Shown here: piece by piece, positions 52,994-63,057 of the stretch
Position numbering within the stretch: position 1 is the stretch's first letter
How the letters are laid out: every line of letters starts with the position of its first letter
From: an uncultured Bacilli bacterium
GTDB lineage: Bacteria; Bacillota_I; Bacilli_A; RF39; UBA660
Length of the DNA: 64,000 bases
Assembly: GCA_947627995.1 (NCBI GenBank)
Contig: CANQYE010000002.1
Coordinates: 8,444 to 72,443 of the forward strand
Direction: 5' to 3'
Program-made: the position numbers and the translations under genes
Notes under the pieces: generated by a model
The model's database searches: none
What the model was told of the DNA's origin: nothing
The model's input: only the letters and a program-made list of their open reading frames with translations

Positions 52994-53305
52994 CTTATTT
53001 TCTAACTAATATAATTTTAACTTAATATTTTTTAAATTTAAAGTAAAAAATATTAGTGTTAGGATTTATTAACAAAAATTGTTAATAAATTTTTAAATTT
53101 AAATACTATAATAACTTAAATTTATCAAGTTATCAACATTTTCAACAAATTTAGTTAATTTAGTTTTCACAAATGTTAAAAAAAATATTAACAATTAACA
53201 AAAAATGTTAATATTATAAAACATATAAATTGATTAAAATCTATTTTCTTGACTTTTAATAACATATATAATATAATGAAAAAGCTTAACAAATGGAGGT
53301 GTATT
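52994..53305. promoter_or_regulatory. oriC: Probable oriC region: AT-rich dnaA-rpmH spacer with degenerate DnaA boxes
   Basis: TTATCAACA at 53130-53138 (one mismatch to TTATCCACA). Inverted pairs TTATTAACA/TGTTAATAA at 53067-53088 and ATATTAACA/TGTTAATAT at 53195-53214. Divergent rpmH and dnaA transcription. Confidence 0.55.
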
Positions 53306-53431
53306 ATGAGTAAAAGAACATATCAACCAAATAAACTAAAGAAAAAAAAGAAGCATGGATTTTTTGCTAGAAAAAATTCTAAAATTTTAAAATTAAGAAT
53401 GAAAAAAGGAAGAAAAAATTTATCTAAATAA
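53306..53431 (+). CDS. rpmH: 50S ribosomal protein L34
   Basis: Start chosen at 'MSKRTYQPNKLKKKKKHGFFARKNSK', the L34 family. RBS GGAGG at 53294. Confidence 0.85.
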   Translation: MSKRTYQPNKLKKKKKHGFFARKNSKILKLRMKKGRKNLSK

Positions 53432-53455
53432 ACCACAATTTTGTGGTTTTTATTC
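53430..53455 (+). terminator. Intrinsic terminator/attenuator after rpmH
   Basis: AAACCACAATTTTGTGGTTT followed by TTATT. Confidence 0.6.
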
Positions 53456-53468
53456 TAGAGGTGCCAAA

Positions 53469-53798
53469 ATGAAAAAAAAATATGTTGTTAAAGAAAAATT
53501 AGAATTTAATAAAATAATAAAAAATGGAAAAAAAATTCAAAATGAAATATTTATAATTTTTTGTCAAGATAACAAGAATAATTTTTCTCGTTTTGGTATA
53601 GCAGTTTCAAAAAAACTTGGAAATGCAGTAATTAGAAATAAAATAAAAAGAAGGATACGTAATATTATAGATAATAACAAATTTTTATTTAAAAAAAACA
53701 AAAATTATATTATAATGATTAAAAGAAGTGTTGCATCTTTTGATTATAATATATTAAATGAAAAATTAATAGAATTAATAAAAAAGGAGAAAAAATGA
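53469..53798 (+). CDS. rnpA: Ribonuclease P protein component
   Basis: 109 aa, basic, 'FGIAVSKKLGNAVIRNKIKRRIRNI', the RnpA motif. Confidence 0.85.
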   Translation: MKKKYVVKEKLEFNKIIKNGKKIQNEIFIIFCQDNKNNFSRFGIAVSKKLGNAVIRNKIKRRIRNIIDNNKFLFKKNKNYIIMIKRSVASFDYNILNEKLIELIKKEKK

Positions 53799-54751
53799 AA
53801 AATAAAAGAAAAATCTTAATAATAGTCTTACTTTTCATGATTTTTTTTACAACAGGTTGTACAAAATACATGCGAAAAGAAGATAAAAGTGGAAAAAAGA
53901 GTGTAGTAATAAATGAAAAAACAGGGCAAAGTTTAACAGCTAATATTTTATGTAAGCCTACTGAAAAAGAAGTAACAAAATTATATGAAAAAAATGAAAA
54001 ATTGATGATGGTTAAATTAAAAAATTTACCAACATGTAACAAATTTAAACCTAGTGATTTAAAGTATACAAGTTTATGGGAATCGTTCTTTATTAAGCCT
54101 TTAGCATTTATCATATTAAAAATTGGAAATTTAGTAAAAAGCTACGGTATAGCAGTAATGATTGTTGGTTTATTAATAAGAGTACTTTTAATGCCACTTT
54201 CTAAGAAAGCAATTTTACAATCTGAGAATATGAAAAAAGCACAGCCAGAACTGAATCGAATTGAAAAAAAATATAAAAATAAAACAGATAATGAGTCCAT
54301 GATGGCAAAAAGTCAAGAAATGATGATAGTATATAAAAAATATGGAATGAATCCTATCTCTGGTTGTTTAGTTTCTTTTTTGCAACTTCCATTGTTCTTT
54401 GCATTTTTAGAAACAATTAATAGAATTCCAGCTGTTTTTGAAGAAACATTATTAGGATTACAACTAGGAACTACTCCATTAAAAGGAATTTCTGGACATA
54501 ATTATCTATATTTGATATTAATTATATTAATAATTTTAACAACATATTTTTCTTTTAAAACATCAATGGGTACTGTAGCAGATGATAAAGATAATCCAGC
54601 AATTAAACAAACACAATTTATGACTAAATTTATGCTTGTATTTATCGCTATAGCTTCATTAAGTTTACCAGCTGCTATAGCATTATATTGGATTGTGACT
54701 AATGCATTTGCAGTCATTCAAACTAAAATATTAAAAAGAAAGAAGAAGTAA
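53795..54751 (+). CDS. yidC: YidC/Oxa1/SpoIIIJ membrane insertase (lipoprotein)
   Basis: 318 aa. Lipobox 'FFTTGC', five TM helices, conserved 'AILQSENMKKAQPELNRI...YKKYGMNP' region. Confidence 0.85.
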   Translation: MKNKRKILIIVLLFMIFFTTGCTKYMRKEDKSGKKSVVINEKTGQSLTANILCKPTEKEVTKLYEKNEKLMMVKLKNLPTCNKFKPSDLKYTSLWESFFIKPLAFIILKIGNLVKSYGIAVMIVGLLIRVLLMPLSKKAILQSENMKKAQPELNRIEKKYKNKTDNESMMAKSQEMMIVYKKYGMNPISGCLVSFLQLPLFFAFLETINRIPAVFEETLLGLQLGTTPLKGISGHNYLYLILIILIILTTYFSFKTSMGTVADDKDNPAIKQTQFMTKFMLVFIAIASLSLPAAIALYWIVTNAFAVIQTKILKRKKK

Positions 54752-54754
54752 AAA

Positions 54755-55363
54755 ATGAAACATTTAGAATATATTGATAAAAGTCTTGATAAAGCATTAA
54801 ATCAAGCAATAGATAACTTAGAAATTGAAAAAGAAAATTTATTGTATACCAAAGAAGAAATAAGGGGAGGATTATTTAAAGGAAATAATATTAAAATAAA
54901 GGTTTATAAAATAGAAGATATTTTAGATTTTTGTATTAATTATTTACAAAATTTAATATCTAATTTAGGATTAGAAGTAAAATTCGAAAAAAAGATAAGA
55001 ACAAATGAAATTTTTATTAAAATGTTTTCTAATAATAATTCAGTCCTAATTGGAAAAAATGGCGAAATGTTAAAATCTTTACAAAATATTTTAAGACAAG
55101 TTATAAAAAAACAATCAAATTTAAATATCAAAGTTATTCTAGATGTTGAAAATTATAAAGATAAACAAAAATATTATATTGAAAAGTTAGCTAAAAAAGT
55201 TGCAAAAGAAGTACAAAAAACAAATATGGCAATAGAACTTGATAATATGAATTCATATGAAAGAAGAATAGTACATAATATTTTATCTAATTTTAATGGA
55301 ATTAAAACTGAAAGTACTGGACAAGAACCTAATCGTCACGTTGTAATTAAACCTAACAAATAA
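54755..55363 (+). CDS. khpB: RNA-binding protein Jag/KhpB (Jag_N, KH, R3H)
   Basis: 202 aa. KH 'LIGKNGEMLKSLQNILRQVI' and R3H 'ERRIVHNILSNFNGIKTESTG'. Confidence 0.8.
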   Translation: MKHLEYIDKSLDKALNQAIDNLEIEKENLLYTKEEIRGGLFKGNNIKIKVYKIEDILDFCINYLQNLISNLGLEVKFEKKIRTNEIFIKMFSNNNSVLIGKNGEMLKSLQNILRQVIKKQSNLNIKVILDVENYKDKQKYYIEKLAKKVAKEVQKTNMAIELDNMNSYERRIVHNILSNFNGIKTESTGQEPNRHVVIKPNK

Positions 55364-55364
55364 G

Positions 55365-55394
55365 AAGATTTAATATTTAAATCTTTTTATTTTT
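55365..55394 (+). terminator. Intrinsic terminator after jag
   Basis: AAGATTTAA-TAT-TTAAATCTT followed by TTTATTTTT. Confidence 0.5.
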
Positions 55395-55425
55395 GTAGTA
55401 TAATACCGCAAGAAGGAGAATTTCT

Positions 55426-56769
55426 ATGGAAGATACAATTTGCGCTTTGGCTACAACTTTAGGTGAAAGCAGTATTAATATTATAAGGATTAGTGGTAGT
55501 GATGCTATTAGTATTGTTTCAACTATTTTTACAGGGAAAGATTTAAAAAAAGTTTCTAGTCACACAATCAATTATGGCCATATAAAATTTAATGATGAAA
55601 TAATCGATGAAGTATTAGTATCTGTCATGAGAGCTCCAAAAACATTTACTAAAGAAGATATTGTAGAAATTAATTGTCATGGTGGATATTTATCAGCAAA
55701 AAAAATAATTGAAATTTTAAATCGATTAAATATTCGTAGCGCATATAATGGTGAATTTACAAAAAGAGCTTTTTTAAATGGAAGAATTGATTTAACAAAA
55801 TCGGAGGCAATAAATGATATAATTACTTCAAAAACTGAGCAAGAAAGAATTGTAGCTTTAAAACAATTAAATGGTTCATTATTCGAAGAAATTGAAAGAT
55901 TGCGTAGTTATATTATGGAAATTATGGCTAATATTGAAGTAAATATAGATTATCCAGAATATGAAGATGAACTAGTAGTAACTCATAAATTATTAAAAGA
56001 TAGAATAAATAAAATAAAAGAAAAATTAACAGAAATATTAAAAAATAGTGAAAATGGAAAAATTTTAAAAAACGGAATTAATGTATTACTTTTAGGGCGT
56101 CCAAATGTAGGAAAAAGTAGTATTTTAAATCATTTAATAGAAGAAAATAAAGCAATTGTAACAAAGGTCGCAGGGACAACTAGAGATATTGTGGAAGGAT
56201 CTTTTATTTTAAATGGAGTAGTTTTTAATTTATTAGATACAGCGGGAATTCATAACACAAATAATATAGTTGAAAAAATAGGAATTGAAAAATCTTTAAA
56301 TTTAATAAATAAAGCAGACATAATTATTCTTGTATTAAATAACAATGAATGTCTTAATGAAGAAGATAAAAATATTTTAGAAAAAATAAAAGAAAAAAAA
56401 CATATAATTTTTGTTAATAAAAATGATTTAAATAAAAAAATTACTATTGATAGAGATGTAGTTTATGGTAATACATTAAAAAAAGATGGACTAGATGCTT
56501 TAAAACAAAAATTACTAGATGTTTTTAATTTAGAAAATAATGAAATATTTAATAGTTCTTATTTAGCAAATGATAGACATATAACTATTTTAAAAAAAAG
56601 TTTAGATATTATTATGTCAATAGAAAAACAAATTAGTGAAGAAGTACCAATAGATATTATTAGTATAGATTTAAAAGAATGTTATGAAGCTTTAGGAGAA
56701 ATAATAGGAAAAACTTATAAAAATGATTTAATTAACGAAATTTTTAGTAAATTTTGTTTAGGAAAATAG
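55426..56769 (+). CDS. mnmE: tRNA modification GTPase MnmE
   Basis: 447 aa. G-domain 'GRPNVGKSS', 'DTAG', C-terminal 'CLGK'. Confidence 0.9.
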   Translation: MEDTICALATTLGESSINIIRISGSDAISIVSTIFTGKDLKKVSSHTINYGHIKFNDEIIDEVLVSVMRAPKTFTKEDIVEINCHGGYLSAKKIIEILNRLNIRSAYNGEFTKRAFLNGRIDLTKSEAINDIITSKTEQERIVALKQLNGSLFEEIERLRSYIMEIMANIEVNIDYPEYEDELVVTHKLLKDRINKIKEKLTEILKNSENGKILKNGINVLLLGRPNVGKSSILNHLIEENKAIVTKVAGTTRDIVEGSFILNGVVFNLLDTAGIHNTNNIVEKIGIEKSLNLINKADIIILVLNNNECLNEEDKNILEKIKEKKHIIFVNKNDLNKKITIDRDVVYGNTLKKDGLDALKQKLLDVFNLENNEIFNSSYLANDRHITILKKSLDIIMSIEKQISEEVPIDIISIDLKECYEALGEIIGKTYKNDLINEIFSKFCLGK

Positions 56770-56780
56770 GTGTTTAAAAT

Positions 56781-58610
56781 ATGAATTATGATGTAATTGT
56801 AGTTGGAGCTGGGCATGCAGGATGCGAAGCTGCTTATGCAACCAGCAAACTTGGCAAAAAAACATTATTAATTACTATAAATATGAATAATATAGCTGAT
56901 ATGCCTTGTAATCCATCAATTGGAGGAACAGCAAAAGGAATAGTTGTTAGAGAAATTGATGCATTAGGTGGCTTAATGGGAAAAGTAGCTGATAAATCCC
57001 ATTTTCAAATAAAAATGTTAAACAATGCTAAAGGCCCAGCTGTGAGATCGTTAAGAGCGCAAGCAGATAAGAAAATATATCCAAAAGTAATGTTGGAATA
57101 CTTAACAAAAGAGAAAAATTTAACAATAAAAGAAGGAATTGTAAGTAATCTAATTGTTGAAAACAATTATGTAAAAGGAGTTATCTTAGAAAATAAAGAA
57201 GAGTATTATTCTAAAGTAGTAATTTTAACTACAGGAACGTATTTAAAATCAAATATTTTAATTGGATCAACAAAAAAACAAGAAGGTCCACATGGAGAAA
57301 AAACATCTTTATTTTTAAGTAAAAATTTAAAAGATTTAGGATTTAATATTCAAAGATTAAAAACGGGAACTCCCCCTAGAATAAAAAAAGATTCAATAGA
57401 ATTTTCCAAAATGCAAGAAGAAGATGGAGATAGAAAACTTTATACTTTCAGTTTTGATTTAGAACCATCATATAAAATAGATAATCAAGAAAAATGCTAT
57501 TTACTTTATACAAATGAAAATACACATAATATTATTAAAAATAATTTAGATAAATCTAGTATGTATGGTGGATTTGTAGAAGGAATAGGTCCACGCTATT
57601 GTCCATCTATTGAAGATAAAATTGTAAGATTTAGTGATAAAAAACGTCATCAGTTATTTTTAGAACCAGAAAGTAAATATTATGATGAATGGTATTTACA
57701 AGGATTTTCTACAAGTATGCCAACTTTTATTCAAGAACAAATGGTTCACTCGCTAAAAGGTTTAGAAAAAGCAAAAATTACTAAATATGCTTATGCTATA
57801 GAATATGATGCAATCGATCCTTTGCAAATCAACAATAATTTAGAAACAAAAATAATTAATAACTTATTTACTGCTGGGCAAATTAATGGAACAAGTGGCT
57901 ATGAAGAAGCAGCCGCTCAGGGATTAATTGCTGGAATTAATGCTAGTTTAAAACTAGATAAAAAAAATCCGCTTGTTTTAAAAAGAAGTGAAGCATATAT
58001 TGGCGTTTTAATAGACGATTTAATAACCAAAGGAACTAATGAGCCATATCGCTTATTAACTTCTAGAGCAGAGTTTAGATTAATTCTCCGTCATGATAAT
58101 GCGGATTTAAGATTAAGAAAAATTGGATATAAAGTAGGCTTGATAAATGAGCAGCAATATCAAAAAGTATTAAAAAAAGAACAAGATATTAACAATTTAT
58201 TAATTTATTTAAAAAATAATACAACTGAAAATATAAATAAAAAAATAAATTCTAAAAGTGGAAAAAATTCATTATATCAAGTTTTGAAAAGACCAGAAAT
58301 CAATATATATGAATTAATACCTAACGATTTGTATGAAAACGATGTGATAGAACAAGTTTCTCTTTATGTAAAATATGAAGGATACATAAATAAAATGTTA
58401 AAAGAGGTAGAAAAATTAAACAAATTAGAAAAAAAACAAATACCTAGCGATATTGATTATGATAATGTTTTAAATCTGGCTTCAGAAGCAAGAGAAAAAC
58501 TGAAAAAAATAAGACCTTCAACAATTGCTCAAGCTTCAAGAATAAGTGGTGTTAATCCAACTGATATTTCTATTTTGGCAATTTATTTAAAAAAGGAATA
58601 TAACAAATGA
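56781..58610 (+). CDS. mnmG: tRNA uridine 5-carboxymethylaminomethyl modification enzyme MnmG
   Basis: 609 aa. FAD-binding 'YDVIVVGAGHAGCEAA', the GidA family. Confidence 0.9.
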   Translation: MNYDVIVVGAGHAGCEAAYATSKLGKKTLLITINMNNIADMPCNPSIGGTAKGIVVREIDALGGLMGKVADKSHFQIKMLNNAKGPAVRSLRAQADKKIYPKVMLEYLTKEKNLTIKEGIVSNLIVENNYVKGVILENKEEYYSKVVILTTGTYLKSNILIGSTKKQEGPHGEKTSLFLSKNLKDLGFNIQRLKTGTPPRIKKDSIEFSKMQEEDGDRKLYTFSFDLEPSYKIDNQEKCYLLYTNENTHNIIKNNLDKSSMYGGFVEGIGPRYCPSIEDKIVRFSDKKRHQLFLEPESKYYDEWYLQGFSTSMPTFIQEQMVHSLKGLEKAKITKYAYAIEYDAIDPLQINNNLETKIINNLFTAGQINGTSGYEEAAAQGLIAGINASLKLDKKNPLVLKRSEAYIGVLIDDLITKGTNEPYRLLTSRAEFRLILRHDNADLRLRKIGYKVGLINEQQYQKVLKKEQDINNLLIYLKNNTTENINKKINSKSGKNSLYQVLKRPEINIYELIPNDLYENDVIEQVSLYVKYEGYINKMLKEVEKLNKLEKKQIPSDIDYDNVLNLASEAREKLKKIRPSTIAQASRISGVNPTDISILAIYLKKEYNK

Positions 58611-59326
58611 CAAAAGAAGAATTTTATGAAAAAATAAGAATATTTAATATAAATATAACTGAAGAACAAAAAGAACAATTAGAAAAATATGCAAAATTGT
58701 TAATTGCAGAAAATAAATTATATAATTTAACAGCAATAGTTAATTTAGAAGATATATATTTAAAACATTTTTATGATTCTTTAACAATTTTAAATAGTAT
58801 AGATTTAAAAGATGTAAAAAATCTTTTAGATATTGGTAGTGGAGCGGGGTTTCCTGGCTTAGTATTAAAAATATTTTTCCCCCATTTAAAGGTTTTTCTA
58901 TTAGATGCAAATAATAAAAAGATAAAATTTCTTAGTAAAGTTATAAATGAATTACATTTAAAAGATGTTAGTTTAATTTATCAAAGAGCAGAAACTTTTG
59001 CTAAAAATGCTTATCAAAAGTTTGATGTTGTAACAAATAGAGCAGTTGCATCTTTTGATATCTTACTTGAAATTTCTTTGCCAATGGTTAAAAAAAATGG
59101 GTTTTACATAGCCCTTAAAGGAAAAAATATTTCTGAATTAAATGAAAACATTGAAGTTATAAAATATTTGGGCGGAGAAATAATTCAAAAGATTAATTTC
59201 ACTTTGAATGATGATTATGGAGAAAGAAACATAATTAAAATTCAAAAAATAAAAAATACCGATAAAAAATATCCAAGAAACTATGAAAAAATATTAAAAT
59301 GTCCCTTGAAAAATATAATAAAATAA
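58607..59326 (+). CDS. rsmG: 16S rRNA (guanine527-N7)-methyltransferase RsmG
   Basis: 239 aa. SAM motif 'LDIGSGAGFPGL', the GidB family. Confidence 0.85.
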   Translation: MTKEEFYEKIRIFNINITEEQKEQLEKYAKLLIAENKLYNLTAIVNLEDIYLKHFYDSLTILNSIDLKDVKNLLDIGSGAGFPGLVLKIFFPHLKVFLLDANNKKIKFLSKVINELHLKDVSLIYQRAETFAKNAYQKFDVVTNRAVASFDILLEISLPMVKKNGFYIALKGKNISELNENIEVIKYLGGEIIQKINFTLNDDYGERNIIKIQKIKNTDKKYPRNYEKILKCPLKNIIK

Positions 59327-59364
59327 GTTAAAATTATGATAGAATAGAAAAAGGGGCTGTAAGC

Positions 59365-60666
59365 ATGAATCTTGAAAGCGAAATTTATCAAGTAAATATT
59401 AATGATATAATTCCTAATCGTTTTCAACCACGATTAACATTTGATGAAGCTGCTTTAAATGAGTTAGCTTCTTCAATCAAAGAACATGGGATAATTCAAC
59501 CTTTAGTTTTAAGAAAACTTGGTGATAAATATGAAATAATTGCTGGCGAAAGACGATATAAAGCATCAATAATTGCCGGCTTAACTACAGTTCCAGCTAT
59601 TATATCAAATATGGATGATAATAAAAGTGCTGAAATAGCTATTGTAGAAAACGTTCAGAGAAAAGATTTAACTGCTATAGAAGAAGCGCGTTCTTATAAA
59701 AAATTATTAGATAAAGGCTACTTAACACAAGAACAACTTGCAGAAAAAATGGGAGTTTCTCAATCTTCTGTTGCAAATAAATTAAGACTTTTAAATCTTG
59801 ATGAAAAAGTGCAAGATGCCTTATTAAATGGGAAGATATCAGAGCGTCATGCTAGAAGCTTATTATCCTTAAAAGAAAAAGAAGAACAAGTAAAAATGCT
59901 TGATCGAATTCTTAATGAAAGATTAACTGTAAGACAACTTGATTCAGAAATAAAAAAACTTCTTCCTGATTCAGAAGAAGATTCTGAAGATATTCCAATT
60001 ATTGATCCTATTCCATCAATTGATGAAATAAAAAATAAAGCAGTGGATATTAATCCACAAGAAACAAAACCAAAATTATCATTGGAAGAATTATTAAAAC
60101 CTCAAACAACTGAAACCCAAGAAAAAGAACAAACTAACGAAAAACCATTGATTGAACCTTCAAAAAACAAATTTTTTAATTTTTTGGAAGATGAAGAAGT
60201 TAATATGAATGTTACAGAAGAAACTCCTTCTTTATCACCTTTTAATCAACCATTATCAATACCAAAAACAGAAAGTAATGATTCAGATGTAGAAGTTTTA
60301 GATATTAATCCAACTAACATAACATCTATAGAAGAAGCGCCTTCACCAACTGAAGATAATATTTTTGATATTCCAAATATATTTGATAATCCTTCTGCTT
60401 CTACAAAAGAAGAACCTGTTGAGCAATTATTTATTTCTCAAAGTCCTACTCCAACGAATAATAATATTTTTGATCCAATTTCTATTATTGATAAAGTAGC
60501 TCAACAAAAGGAAGAAGAAAAAAATCAAAAAACAATAGAATTAAAAGATGCAATAAATGATATTAGAAATTTAACTAGTAGTTTAGAACAAAAAGGTTTT
60601 GTGATAAATTTAGAAGAACTTGATTTGGATAAATCTTATCAAATAAATATTAAAATTGATAAATAA
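59365..60666 (+). CDS. noc: Nucleoid occlusion protein Noc-like ParB paralog with long Pro/acidic C-terminal extension
   Basis: 433 aa. 'IIPNRFQPR', 'IIAGERRYKA', 'IVENVQRKDL', HTH 'GVSQSSVANKLRLLNL' (Noc-type QSS-ANKLRLL), 'ISERHARSL'. Downstream of rsmG, as in B. subtilis. An extra ~230-aa tail carries repeated NIFD motifs. Confidence 0.7.
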   Translation: MNLESEIYQVNINDIIPNRFQPRLTFDEAALNELASSIKEHGIIQPLVLRKLGDKYEIIAGERRYKASIIAGLTTVPAIISNMDDNKSAEIAIVENVQRKDLTAIEEARSYKKLLDKGYLTQEQLAEKMGVSQSSVANKLRLLNLDEKVQDALLNGKISERHARSLLSLKEKEEQVKMLDRILNERLTVRQLDSEIKKLLPDSEEDSEDIPIIDPIPSIDEIKNKAVDINPQETKPKLSLEELLKPQTTETQEKEQTNEKPLIEPSKNKFFNFLEDEEVNMNVTEETPSLSPFNQPLSIPKTESNDSDVEVLDINPTNITSIEEAPSPTEDNIFDIPNIFDNPSASTKEEPVEQLFISQSPTPTNNNIFDPISIIDKVAQQKEEEKNQKTIELKDAINDIRNLTSSLEQKGFVINLEELDLDKSYQINIKIDK

Positions 60667-60669
60667 TAA

Positions 60670-62592
60670 TTAATTAGCAATGTTATTATTAGCATTTTCA
60701 CTACCTTTAATAAAATAAAATAAAACATTGCTTGTATTACTTTCTTTGCCTGTTATAGGATCTAATTGTTTTCCAATAACATTATCTGGTACTTCATACC
60801 AGTTTTTTTCTTTATCTTTAACATAACCTTCCGAAGTTTCAGCCCAAATTTTTTTAGAAATTGTTGCATATTTTGTATCAACAACTTTAGAATTATCAAG
60901 ACCATTCCAAACTATTGTTAAAACATTAGGATTATAACCCACAATCCAAAAATCTGTTCCAGTAGAACCACTTTTAACCGAATATTTTCTAGAAATAAGC
61001 GGAGCAATAGATAATGCAGTTGGCTTATTATAATTTACAAATGAATAATTATAAGTTGATGTTAGTAGTTCGTTTAAGATAAAAACATTGTCAGGATTTA
61101 AAACTAAGTTATTTTCATTTTTACTTTTATATAAAATATTCCCTTTTTCATCTTCTATTTTTTTAATAAATTTTAAATTTCTTTTATAGCCTCCGCTAGC
61201 AAGAGTATTATACATTCTAGCAAAGTCATACATGCTTATTTCGCTTGTGCCTAAAGCTAAAGATGCATTTGGTTCTAACTTTCCTTTTAATCCCATTTTT
61301 TTTGCCATATTAACTAATGCTTCTTCGCCTAAAAATAGATGTGTTTTAACAGCATAAATATTATCTGAATATGCTATAGCTGCTGCCATAGTTATGGGCT
61401 TATTCCCATAAATATTATTATAATTATTTGGCTCATATGTTTGATTTTTGCCAAAAACAAATGTTGTTTTTTCACTAGTAAAAGTTGATGACGAAGTAAA
61501 TCCATTTTCTAATGCGGCATAGTATAAAATAGGCTTCATAGTAGATCCAACTTGTCTTTTAGCTTGAGTGACACGATTAAACTGACTAGCAGCATAATTT
61601 TTTCCACCACTTAAAGCTAAAACACCTCCATTTTTAGGATTTACGACGATACTTGCAACTTGAGTATCATCGTTAAGCATATTGGCTTTAATTGAGTTTT
61701 CCATAGCTGTTTGAGTTTCTAAATCTAAGTATGTATAAATTTTAAGACTACCGGTTTCTATTAAAGAAGCAGGAATTTTTTTAATAGACTCTAATTCTTT
61801 GATAACACTATCTTGATAATACATTAGAGTATCTAAATTATTTGAAGTTCTTTTTCCATAAATTTTTACTTTATCAAAATTTAATTTATTATAATCTTTT
61901 TGAGATATGACTTTGTTTTTTAACATACCTTTAGCAACTATTTTTGCCCTTTTTTTAGCAATTGATAAATTAGAAACCGGATTATAATTGGATGGACTTT
62001 TGGGAATCCCAGTAAGCATAATTGCCTCTTCGGTAGTTAAATCTTTAGCTTTTTTATTAAAATAGTATAAACTAGCATCTTCAACACCATAATTTCCTTG
62101 CCCAAAATTAATTGTATTTAGGTAACCTTCTAAAATATCATCTTTATCATAATGTACTTCTAAATTTAAAGTCAACAAAGCTTCCTCAATTTTTCTAGAC
62201 CAAGTTTTATCAAAATCTAAATATAAATTTTTAATGTATTGCTGTGAAATTGTTGAAGCTCCTTGAACAATTTTTCCATTTTTGACATTTAAAAATAATG
62301 CTTTAATAATTCTTTTGAAATCAAAGCCTTGATGATTATAAAAATTTTTATCTTCAGTACTTAAAATCGCATTTATCAAATCAGAAGAAATATTTTTAAG
62401 ATCAACCCATTTGCTACTCCCTGACCCTTGATATATAATATTTTCTTTATTATCATAAATATATAATTGATTAGTCTTTTTTAGCCCAATCTTAGGAGTG
62501 AAATAAGCATAAGTATATAATCCAATTATAATAATAGATACAAAAATTATAAAAAATATAAAAGCTTTTGCTGTAAAAGTTAACTTTTTCAT
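60670..62592 (-). CDS. Class A penicillin-binding protein (glycosyltransferase GT51 + transpeptidase)
   Basis: GT51 motifs 'EDKNFYNHQGFD', 'GASTISQQ'. Transpeptidase 'STMKP' (SxxK) and 'SDN'. N-terminal TM anchor. Start set at the ATG at 62592 (MKKLTF); the track start is a TTG. Confidence 0.8.
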   Translation of the reverse strand: MKKLTFTAKAFIFFIIFVSIIIIGLYTYAYFTPKIGLKKTNQLYIYDNKENIIYQGSGSSKWVDLKNISSDLINAILSTEDKNFYNHQGFDFKRIIKALFLNVKNGKIVQGASTISQQYIKNLYLDFDKTWSRKIEEALLTLNLEVHYDKDDILEGYLNTINFGQGNYGVEDASLYYFNKKAKDLTTEEAIMLTGIPKSPSNYNPVSNLSIAKKRAKIVAKGMLKNKVISQKDYNKLNFDKVKIYGKRTSNNLDTLMYYQDSVIKELESIKKIPASLIETGSLKIYTYLDLETQTAMENSIKANMLNDDTQVASIVVNPKNGGVLALSGGKNYAASQFNRVTQAKRQVGSTMKPILYYAALENGFTSSSTFTSEKTTFVFGKNQTYEPNNYNNIYGNKPITMAAAIAYSDNIYAVKTHLFLGEEALVNMAKKMGLKGKLEPNASLALGTSEISMYDFARMYNTLASGGYKRNLKFIKKIEDEKGNILYKSKNENNLVLNPDNVFILNELLTSTYNYSFVNYNKPTALSIAPLISRKYSVKSGSTGTDFWIVGYNPNVLTIVWNGLDNSKVVDTKYATISKKIWAETSEGYVKDKEKNWYEVPDNVIGKQLDPITGKESNTSNVLFYFIKGSENANNNIAN

Positions 62593-62691
62593 ATTTACAC
62601 CCAAATTTAGTATGAATCAATTTATTAAAAATATAAGTGCAAATCTATATATCTTATGTTATAATGAACTATAAGTTTTGGAAGTGATGTT

Positions 62692-63057
62692 TTGAAGTTA
62701 AAAATCAATACTAAATTATATCTTGGAAAAGAACAAGTAAGTCATTTTGAAAACCTTAAAGCCATCTATAATGAAAAACATGAATTAATATTTAATGAAA
62801 ATAAAAATAAAATGAAAATACGAATTAATGGAAGACAATTGAGAAGGGAAAACCAAGAATTTATTTTTACAATTAATGAAAATGAAGTATCTCTTTATAT
62901 AAAAGAATTACAAAATTATGTAAATATAAAATTAGAAAAGTTTAAATTTATAAAAGAAGGAAGAAAAATAAGTATAGCTTATAAAATTAACACTGAAAAT
63001 AAGATGTTTAAATACTTAATAATGATGGAGGAATATAATGAAAGAAAAAATTGCTAA
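62692..63057 (+). CDS. DUF1934 (YwiB-like) protein upstream of argS
   Basis: 121 aa, TTG start. Beta-rich repeats 'KIRINGRQLR...EVSLYIKEL'. The ywiB-argS operon order matches B. subtilis. Confidence 0.45.
   Translation: MKLKINTKLYLGKEQVSHFENLKAIYNEKHELIFNENKNKMKIRINGRQLRRENQEFIFTINENEVSLYIKELQNYVNIKLEKFKFIKEGRKISIAYKINTENKMFKYLIMMEEYNERKNC

Noticed and set aside
62605-62691. Possible T-box leader upstream of ywiB-argS
   Set aside because: The 87-bp spacer contains only a promoter-like TTATGTTATAAT. It is too short for a T-box and carries no T-box consensus sequence.
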